DNA of 64,000 bases from a bacterium. Its GTDB lineage: Bacteria; Zhuqueibacterota; QNDG01; CAYUAG01. The notes beneath the pieces were generated by a model. That model searched no databases. It was not told the origin of the DNA and was given only the letters and a program-made list of their open reading frames with translations. Shown piece by piece: positions 37,275 to 44,229 of the stretch (its first letter is position 1; each line of letters opens with the position of its first letter). The position numbers and the translations under genes were made by a program. The stretch is taken from NCBI GenBank assembly GCA_046483025.1, contig JAWODZ010000105.1, positions 7,206-71,205 on the forward strand, given 5' to 3'.

Positions 37275-37321
37275 ACCTTATTACCTTATTTTTCTGACAA
37301 TCATCAATAAGGTAATAAGGT
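37275..37321. repeat. Strong hairpin: 16-bp perfect inverted repeat accttattaccttatt / aataaggtaataaggt (20 bp with one bulge) around a 15-nt loop
   Basis: Reverse-complement identity read directly. Lies upstream of the minus-strand Cys-rich genes. Confidence 0.7.
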
Positions 37322-37416
37322 TGAAGGTTTTATTGATTCTTGTACTACTAAGGTTAAAAGAAATAAGGTTTTGAAATTTCAGCTTTCCTGTGATTCAGTA
37401 CACAAGAGAGAAACGG

Positions 37417-37487
37417 CTAACCGCAGTCCTTGACTGCGGTTTTATCTTACCACTCACCGGCAGTCAGGGACTGCCTCTAACCGTTGT
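37417..37487. repeat. Composite REP-like unit: hairpin H1 (ctaaccgcagtccttgactgcggtttta) + hairpin H2 (caccggcagtcagggactgcctctaaccgttgt)
   Basis: H2 33-mer identical to 31755-31787. H1+H2 recur at 42954-43017. Confidence 0.75.
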
Positions 37488-37675
37488 GAATGTAAAACCC
37501 CGGATGTTTGGAGAAGTCACAGGATATAAAGCTGTGCTTTGTTTTAGTCCTGCCGGAGAAACGCTAGGAAAGCAGATAGAAAAATTTGAATTAAAAAATT
37601 AAGTTTTGTATATTATAATAATTAAAAATTAAATCTTTACAATATAAGAATAAATGGGACTTTTATGTTTCGCCA

Positions 37676-37706
37676 CCACTAAATAGTAACAAAACCGAAA
37701 GCTTTA
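37676..37706 (+). repeat. 31-bp direct repeat copy 2, 37 nt upstream of a 21-codon ORF with strong RBS
   Basis: Identical to 33167-33197. Confidence 0.8.
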
Positions 37707-37924
37707 AAGTTGTTATATTTTGGAGGACACGGAGTTAAGCACAATGTATATTATACCAAACGGTGGTATCCACATGTCAAAGAAAAAATGTTTAATTTTA
37801 AAGCCATAAGATTTACATTTAAAAAATTAAGCTGGGATGTCGCCTTCTGAGATTGAAAAACCAAACAGATCCATGTGATTGGAAATTATTTGAATTTTTA
37901 GAATTTAGGTTAAGGTAAACAAAA

Positions 37925-38572
37925 TTGAAGGAATCCTATTTCACTCCTGAAAATATTCAGGAAATATCCGGAGATATTATCAGAAAAATTTTCTCATATC
38001 AGAGAAATATTAAGAGTCGTTTTAATCCGGAAAAATCCGCTCTTCTGATTCTTGATATGCAGAATATTTTTCTTAATCAGAAGTCTCATGCTTTTATACC
38101 CTCTGCTCCTGCAATAGTAGAAAATATCAGTACTTTGCAGGCCGGTTATCGTTCAAAGCAACTTCCTGTTATTTTTACCCGGCATAGTAATACTGAAGCT
38201 AATGCCGGAATGATGAAAATATGGTGGAAAACCCTTATCAATCCTCGGTTGAAAGAAAGTGAAATCATTAATTCCCTGGATACTGCTGATAGTAACATAA
38301 TTGAGAAAAGTCAATATGATGCATTTCACCAAACAGAACTTCATATTTTTTTACTGGATAATAATATTGAACAGTTGGTAATAACAGGTGTAATGACTCA
38401 TCTTTGCTGTGAGTGCACTATCAGATCTGCATTTGTAAGAGGATATACTGTGTTTTTTCCGGTAGACGGAACCGCAACCTATAACCTTGATTTCCATACC
38501 TCATCCTGTATCAATCTTTCTCATGGATTTGCTGTGTGTACATTATGCGAAAAGTTAGTGAGAAAATTATGA
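37925..38572 (+). CDS. Isochorismatase-family cysteine hydrolase
   Basis: Catalytic triad context LILDMQNIF (Asp), K, and VITGVMTHLCCECT (Cys). TTG start. Confidence 0.75.
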   Translation: MKESYFTPENIQEISGDIIRKIFSYQRNIKSRFNPEKSALLILDMQNIFLNQKSHAFIPSAPAIVENISTLQAGYRSKQLPVIFTRHSNTEANAGMMKIWWKTLINPRLKESEIINSLDTADSNIIEKSQYDAFHQTELHIFLLDNNIEQLVITGVMTHLCCECTIRSAFVRGYTVFFPVDGTATYNLDFHTSSCINLSHGFAVCTLCEKLVRKL

Positions 38573-39492
38573 AATCAATCGTAACAGTTGCCATAATCGG
38601 TGCAGGTCCTGCTGGAATAGCAGCTGCTTTCCAGTTAAAACGATATGAAATAGAATTTCGAATCTTTGAGAAGAGAAATATAGGAGGGCTTTTGTTAAAT
38701 GCACATCGGGTTGAAAATTATCCTGGATTTCCCTATGGTATATCAGGTATCTCTTTGATAAAACATTTTCAAAAGCAGTTACACCTTACGGGGATACGAG
38801 TTGATAAAGAGGAAATAAAAGAAGTTGACTATGATTCTGGGAATAAATGTTTTAAGCTCATATCCGATCAATCAGTAGTTCGTTGTTTATTTTTGATTGT
38901 TGCTTCTGGAACGATTCCCAGAGAATTACCAGAACTGTCGCCATTCCTGAAAAAGTCCAAAAACATATTTTATGAAATACTTCCTCTGAAAAACTGTAAA
39001 AGGAAAAACATTGCTATCATTGGAGCCGGAGATGCAGCCTTTGATTATGCTCTTAACCTGGCTGCAAAGAAAAACAAGGTCATGATTTTTAACCGCAGTA
39101 ATTTCCATAAATGTCTGAGTCTTTTGTTCCGGGAGGCAAAAAAAAATCCGTCTATTTCCTATTTCCAAAACTATCAGTTAAAGAAGATGGAAGAAAACAG
39201 ATCAGGACTTTCACTGACTTTTATGTGTCAGGAAACAGAACACTCCTTTGGGGTCGATTATCTTTTAATTGCTATCGGCAGAGATCCGGCTCTTGACTTT
39301 TTATCAGAAAATCTTATATTAAGAAAAAATGTTTTAATCAAGAAAAGAATTTTTCATTTTATCGGAGATGTACATAGTGGGTTTTACCGGCAAACAGGGA
39401 TCGCTGTAGGTGAAGGTATTAAAACTGCAATGATTATTTATGATAAACTAAAGGAGAAGAGTGGAAATTTTATCAACAGCGGGCAGGGATGA
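38569..39492 (+). CDS. FAD/NAD(P)-binding oxidoreductase, thioredoxin-reductase-like fold without CxxC redox centre
   Basis: Two Rossmann dinucleotide motifs (VAIIGAGPAGIAAA and IAIIGAGDAAFDYA). ATGA overlap with the upstream gene. Confidence 0.7.
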   Translation: MKSIVTVAIIGAGPAGIAAAFQLKRYEIEFRIFEKRNIGGLLLNAHRVENYPGFPYGISGISLIKHFQKQLHLTGIRVDKEEIKEVDYDSGNKCFKLISDQSVVRCLFLIVASGTIPRELPELSPFLKKSKNIFYEILPLKNCKRKNIAIIGAGDAAFDYALNLAAKKNKVMIFNRSNFHKCLSLLFREAKKNPSISYFQNYQLKKMEENRSGLSLTFMCQETEHSFGVDYLLIAIGRDPALDFLSENLILRKNVLIKKRIFHFIGDVHSGFYRQTGIAVGEGIKTAMIIYDKLKEKSGNFINSGQG

Positions 39493-40396
39493 TATCGCTA
39501 AAGTGTATGTTGCCAAGACCGGAGTAAATAAGATTATTGAATTTGTGGAATCGGTTCAACCACCAATTCCCAGAAAAATCAAATGGGTTTTGATAGTATC
39601 AACCCTGTACGGATGTCCGGTAAACTGCAGCATTTGTGATGCCGGGGGAGATTATGGGGGAAGAATTTCCTATGAGGATATCCTCTCTCAAATTGACTAT
39701 TTGGTAATGAAACGATATCCCAACCGTAAAGTGCCTGTCAAGAAATTCAAAGTTCAGTTTGCCCGTATGGGGGAACCGGCCTTTAATGAGAATGTGTTAA
39801 GTGTTCTGAGAGACCTTCCTGAAATGTATGATGCCCCGGGGCTTATCCCCTGCATTTCCACTGTAGCTCCCACCGGTTGTGAAAAATTCTTTCAGGATTT
39901 ACTGCACCTTAAAAAAGATATGTTTCCGGAAAAGTTTCAACTGCAGTTCTCTCTTCATTCCACTGATCCGGATGTACGGGATAGGATCATTCCGGTAAAA
40001 AAATGGAATTTTAGAGATATTTCAGAATATGGAGAGAAATTTTATGATAGGGGCGGCAAGAAAATCACTCTGAATTTTGCTTTTTCCGAAAGTATTCCGG
40101 TTGATATTAATACACTTTTAGCTCTTTATCCTGCAAAATATTTTTTTATTAAGGTTACACCGGTTAATCCTACTAAAACTGCACTTGATAATGGATTTGA
40201 CATGAAATTTCCCTTTCAAAGAGCTGAGAAATTTATCCAGAAGTTGAAAAAATATGGATATGAGTCAATGTTGAGTATAGGAGAACTTGAAGAAAATAAA
40301 ATCGGCAGTAACTGCGGAATGTATGCTTCTAAATTCAATGAAACTGATAAATTCCCTTTAGAGAGTTACAGCTATACACTTAAAACCATTCTTTAA
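39461..40396 (+). CDS. Radical SAM enzyme of the RlmN/Cfr family (short form); possible start at GTG 39500
   Basis: CPVNCSICD (CX3CX2C), ARMGEPAFN (GEP motif), QFSLHSTDPDVRDRIIP (cf. RlmN ...SLHAPNDELRDEIVP), C-terminal SNCGMYASK (cf. RlmN AACGQL methyl-carrying Cys region). Confidence 0.65.
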   Translation: MEILSTAGRDDIAKVYVAKTGVNKIIEFVESVQPPIPRKIKWVLIVSTLYGCPVNCSICDAGGDYGGRISYEDILSQIDYLVMKRYPNRKVPVKKFKVQFARMGEPAFNENVLSVLRDLPEMYDAPGLIPCISTVAPTGCEKFFQDLLHLKKDMFPEKFQLQFSLHSTDPDVRDRIIPVKKWNFRDISEYGEKFYDRGGKKITLNFAFSESIPVDINTLLALYPAKYFFIKVTPVNPTKTALDNGFDMKFPFQRAEKFIQKLKKYGYESMLSIGELEENKIGSNCGMYASKFNETDKFPLESYSYTLKTIL

Positions 40397-40412
40397 AAAT
40401 AAGGAGAATACA

Positions 40413-42800
40413 ATGGTTAGAAAGATTAGTATTATTTTAATTGGGTGGTTTATATGTAATTGTCCATTATCTGCCCAGAAAATCACAAAACAATTTCAAC
40501 AGACCAGATATGATTTAAAAGATATATGTCTGATTAACTCTAATACCGGCTGGACTGTGGGTGGAAAACACTGGGATCAGTCAACAAAACAGTACCAGGC
40601 AACAATATTAAAGACTATAAATGGCGGCAGCGAGTGGACTGTCCAATCAGCTGCTGTGAATGAAGATTTATGGGATGTTCATTTTATCGATAGTAACAAA
40701 GGGTGGGCGGTAGGTAATTCCGGTACTATTGTACATACAGTGAATGGCGGAGATACCTGGACAGTTCAGAATGCAGGAATAAACCTGAATTTTAAGTCAG
40801 TATATTTTACAGATGGGTTAAATGGCTGGGCAGTAGCAAATGAACCAATTCATTATGATCCTTTTGATGAACCTGATGGCTGGCAGGGGAGAGTTTTTCA
40901 TACATCAAATGGAGGTGAGGACTGGACAGAACAAACCTTTCCCGGAGATGCAGGAATACTTCACTGTATATACTTTCAGAATAATCAGAAGGGATGGGCA
41001 GCTGGCATACGAAATGACGAAGTGGATTTTTTGATGGAAACCAGTGGTGCGATGTACTATACTGAAGACGGAGGTGTGAACTGGGTAGAAAAGTATGTTC
41101 CGGGTATTAATGTTGTATTTACAGATATTAATTTTGTTACTGAAGAGAGGGGATGGGCAGTGGGATTTGCCGGGAGTTCTGGTGAAACCGGAGGCACTAT
41201 ATTCAAAACCACAGATGGAGGAGATACCTGGCAGCGGATTGCTGAAAACTATACTCTCTGGGATGTGGAGTTTATTGATTCTTTAAGAGGATATGCAGTA
41301 GGTACTGCGTATAATTCAGCCTGGGGGCCTCCGGTAATTCGGACTATGGACGGAGGTGATTCCTGGGGTACAATCAGAATGGAAGAGCATGACGGTTATA
41401 CCGGACTTTATGCACTTACAGTATTTGAAGATAAAGTCGTTGCAGTTGGTGATAAAGGGTATATAGCAACCTCTGCAGATCCCTGGGGTGATTTGGGAAT
41501 GTTTGGTCAGGGAGAGGATTTGTTTACCCAAAAATCTATTAATGAGCTGTATGAGTTTGAGGATGTATATTTTATCAATGAAATAAAAGGATGGACTACA
41601 GGAAGGAAAAGCATTGGACCTGATACCTGGGCGCAGGCCATTTTTCACACCAGTGACGGAGGTGAAACCTGGACTGAACAGTACAGTCTTGCTACCGAAT
41701 GGATGAGTAACTGCACCAGACTCGATGCAGTTCAGTTTGTTACTGAAAACAAAGGGTGGGCTGTAGGTCATTCATCAGATGTAGGAACCGGGAAGACAAC
41801 CGGAATTCTATATACTGAAGATGGAGGAGAAACCTGGAGTCAACAGGCACAGGGAGTATCTGAAGGACAGATTGTGGATCTCTTTTTTTTGGATGATCAG
41901 AAGGGCTGGGCTTTGACTGACGCTATATCCTATCCTGATATGTCTATTCAGCTTTTTAAAACTACTAATGGAGGTACTTCCTGGGAGTTGATAAATACCA
42001 GTCAACCAGGTACCATAACTATCGGATATGAAATTAAATCAGGAAAGATTTTTTTTCAGGATGAGAACACCGGTTGGGTATTGGGAGCACAGTGTGATTT
42101 GATTAAAACCGTTGACGGAGGAAAAACCTGGTCTGCTGTAAGCTTACCTGAAGAGTATTATAATACTTACTCAATTATTTTTAGTGATGAAGATAATGGT
42201 ATTATTTGCGGAGAAACAACGTTTAAGACTTCAGACGGTGGTGACAATTGGATTAAACAGGATATTTTTGCTCATAACATGACTGATGTGTGTTTCTCTG
42301 ATTCTTCTCAGGGATGGATGGTGGGAGAATGGGGTGATATCTATAAAAGCAGTAATGGGGGAGATTCCTGGGAACAGATTGAGAATACGGCTACCAGTGC
42401 TGCCATGAAATCTGTGTCGTTTCCGGGGAAAAATAAGGGCTGGGCAACCGGACGGGGTGGAACGATAATAAAAATTGATGATACCGGTGGTACAACTATT
42501 GATCAAAAAAATACCATTCCAGTCAATTTTCAATTATCTCAGAATTATCCAAATCCTTTTAATCTGGAAACAACCATTGTGTATAGTCTTGATAAAGCCG
42601 GACATGTGAAGTTGACTGTTTACAACATCAGAGGTGAGAGGATTGTTACGCTTATTAATGATTTCAGACATCAGGGATCTTACCAGGTCAATTGGGATGG
42701 AAGAGATATGAAAGGGAAAGTTGTTTCATCAGGTATTTATATTTACAAGCTGTCTTTTGCAGGAAATTCAATATGTAGGAAGATGTTTTTATTGAAATAA
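40413..42800 (+). CDS. BNR/Ycf48-like repeat (sortilin/glycosyl-hydrolase-like beta-propeller) protein with T9SS C-terminal sorting domain
   Basis: Signal peptide. >12 repeats of the S/T-x-D/N-G-G-x-T/S-W BNR motif. C-terminal NYPNPFNLETTIVYSL...LTVYNIRGERIVTL...GIYIYKL CTD. Confidence 0.7.
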   Translation: MVRKISIILIGWFICNCPLSAQKITKQFQQTRYDLKDICLINSNTGWTVGGKHWDQSTKQYQATILKTINGGSEWTVQSAAVNEDLWDVHFIDSNKGWAVGNSGTIVHTVNGGDTWTVQNAGINLNFKSVYFTDGLNGWAVANEPIHYDPFDEPDGWQGRVFHTSNGGEDWTEQTFPGDAGILHCIYFQNNQKGWAAGIRNDEVDFLMETSGAMYYTEDGGVNWVEKYVPGINVVFTDINFVTEERGWAVGFAGSSGETGGTIFKTTDGGDTWQRIAENYTLWDVEFIDSLRGYAVGTAYNSAWGPPVIRTMDGGDSWGTIRMEEHDGYTGLYALTVFEDKVVAVGDKGYIATSADPWGDLGMFGQGEDLFTQKSINELYEFEDVYFINEIKGWTTGRKSIGPDTWAQAIFHTSDGGETWTEQYSLATEWMSNCTRLDAVQFVTENKGWAVGHSSDVGTGKTTGILYTEDGGETWSQQAQGVSEGQIVDLFFLDDQKGWALTDAISYPDMSIQLFKTTNGGTSWELINTSQPGTITIGYEIKSGKIFFQDENTGWVLGAQCDLIKTVDGGKTWSAVSLPEEYYNTYSIIFSDEDNGIICGETTFKTSDGGDNWIKQDIFAHNMTDVCFSDSSQGWMVGEWGDIYKSSNGGDSWEQIENTATSAAMKSVSFPGKNKGWATGRGGTIIKIDDTGGTTIDQKNTIPVNFQLSQNYPNPFNLETTIVYSLDKAGHVKLTVYNIRGERIVTLINDFRHQGSYQVNWDGRDMKGKVVSSGIYIYKLSFAGNSICRKMFLLK

Positions 42801-42866
42801 CTAGTCAGGAAAGTTTTTTGGGCCCTGGACTGTGAAGTCCAGAGCCATCAGAATCTTTGCTTTGTG

Positions 42867-42913
42867 GCCTGTCACACTTCCATGAACTCAGTGTGACAGG
42901 CTGTTTTTGATTT
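42867..42913 (+). terminator. Intrinsic terminator after the BNR gene (12-bp stem gcctgtcacact/agtgtgacaggc then TGTTTTTGATTT); stem is a copy of the 31701-31729 REP unit
   Basis: Perfect 12-bp stem followed by a T-run, 67 nt past the stop codon. Confidence 0.6.
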
Positions 42914-42953
42914 AATGTATCTCTCACTATTCAAACCAACATCCAAAAAACAG

Positions 42954-43080
42954 CTAACCGCAATCCCTGACTGCGGTTTTATATGTATACCACACCGGCA
43001 GTCAGGGACTGCCTCTATCCGTGGAAACAAGTCACCCTGACAGGCGTCTTTAGTTAATAGACCCTGTCAGGGTGACGGAA
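42954..43080. repeat. REP-like cluster: H1 (42954-42981), H2 (42993-43017), 14-bp-stem hairpin gtcaccctgacagg/cctgtcagggtgac (43031-43077)
   Basis: Sequence identity to 37417-37487 and 31755-31787 / 31896-31922. Confidence 0.75.
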
Positions 43081-43097
43081 CAAGGTTTTAATCATTG

Positions 43098-43502
43098 TTA
43101 TTCCTTGCTGAACAACGCTTTAAGCATATCCCATAGATTTTTCAGCCAGAGAAAAAATTTTTGTAGTGGTGTTTTAGGATGAAGGAGTTTTTCTCGGGTT
43201 TCCAGATAATTCTGTTTTTCCTCAGGACTTAAATTAAGTCTTCCCAGATTTTCATGATATTCTACATCCAGTTCTTTTAGTTTATCTTCTTCAGTTTCAA
43301 TCATTTTTGCTTCAATATCAGTCCAACCCAGCTGACGGCAGGATTCCAGGCGGCGAAAACCGCTTATCAGTTCTTTCTTTTTATTTACAATAATAGGCTG
43401 GAGTAGTCCGATAGTACGAATAGATTCTTTCAGGGATGTGATATCACCAATATTTTGCCGTATTCTGGATCCGATCTTGATATCATTTATTTTCAGTCTC
43501 AT
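43098..43502 (-). CDS. Small ParB N-terminal (ParB/sulfiredoxin nuclease-like) domain protein
   Basis: KINDIKIGSRIR...GLLQPIIV...ISGFRRLESCRQLGW pattern of the ParB-like nuclease domain; 134 aa, no HTH/dimerisation domains. Confidence 0.55.
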   Translation of the reverse strand: MRLKINDIKIGSRIRQNIGDITSLKESIRTIGLLQPIIVNKKKELISGFRRLESCRQLGWTDIEAKMIETEEDKLKELDVEYHENLGRLNLSPEEKQNYLETREKLLHPKTPLQKFFLWLKNLWDMLKALFSKE

Positions 43503-43547
43503 GTAATTCCTTACATTTCAAAATATTTCTGAATACTTTGTCATTTA

Positions 43548-44075
43548 TTAAAATGCTCCCCATTTCTGATCACCAGGAATATAGGTGCTGGGACAGATGA
43601 ATTTGAACATTTTAGCTACCTTGCGGGATTTTTCCAGTTTTTTTTTGTCCTCTTTTTCCATCTCAGCTAATTTGGAACCGGCAACCTCCCTTACAAATTT
43701 TTTAGCTGCTTGTTCTCTTTCCCCTTCGGTTTTGAATTGTTTACGAATTTCTCTGAGCTCATTGCAGTCCAGCCAGAAGCCGCCGCATTTGGGACACTCG
43801 TCCACCATCACTTTTCTTTTGACACTGAAAAAATGCTGCATCATAACTACATCACCGCATTTAGGACAGTTTCTTTTTTTTGAAAAATCAACTTTTGTTC
43901 CGGGGTCCTGTTCAATATCAAGCAGTGTTTCACCTGCTGCTTCCTGCTGTTCATCTACTTTTTGCAGTTCAAACCAGTCAAACCATACTCCCCCGCACCC
44001 TCCGTTGCACACATCAAATTCAATATTGTTAACTGTTAGTTTACTTAATGTATTTCCACACGCAGGACAAATCAT
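43548..44075 (-). CDS. Double zinc-ribbon protein (two zf-TFIIB-like CPxCG...CxxCxGxWxDxxEL modules) with C-terminal charged coiled-coil
   Basis: MICPACGNTL...CNGGCGGVWFDWFEL and CPKCGDVVM...CPKCGGFWLDCNEL. Confidence 0.55.
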   Translation of the reverse strand: MICPACGNTLSKLTVNNIEFDVCNGGCGGVWFDWFELQKVDEQQEAAGETLLDIEQDPGTKVDFSKKRNCPKCGDVVMMQHFFSVKRKVMVDECPKCGGFWLDCNELREIRKQFKTEGEREQAAKKFVREVAGSKLAEMEKEDKKKLEKSRKVAKMFKFICPSTYIPGDQKWGAF

Positions 44076-44229
44076 ATTTATTCTCCTTTTATTTCAAAAA
44101 TAACATTTTTTCAATAATTACACAAGTGCTATTCCTGATTTTCAAAAAATTTATTTTGTTTTTCTTTTAATCATTTATTATATTTACCGTTGATCTTTTG
44201 TGTATCAGAATTTGAACAGAGGGAAAGAT

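Noticed and set aside
37390-37602. Plus-strand 70-aa ORF
   Set aside because: Spans the H1/H2 REP-like repeats; coding potential is an artefact of GC-rich palindromes.
31695-43090. Integron cassette array with attC sites
   Set aside because: The hairpins are short perfect palindromes lacking the R''-L''/L'-R' bipartite attC structure and GTTRRRY core. Repeats do not follow each ORF and no intI is present.
43585-44103. Plus-strand 172-aa ORF
   Set aside because: Antisense to the zinc-ribbon gene; Ser/Leu-rich mirror translation.
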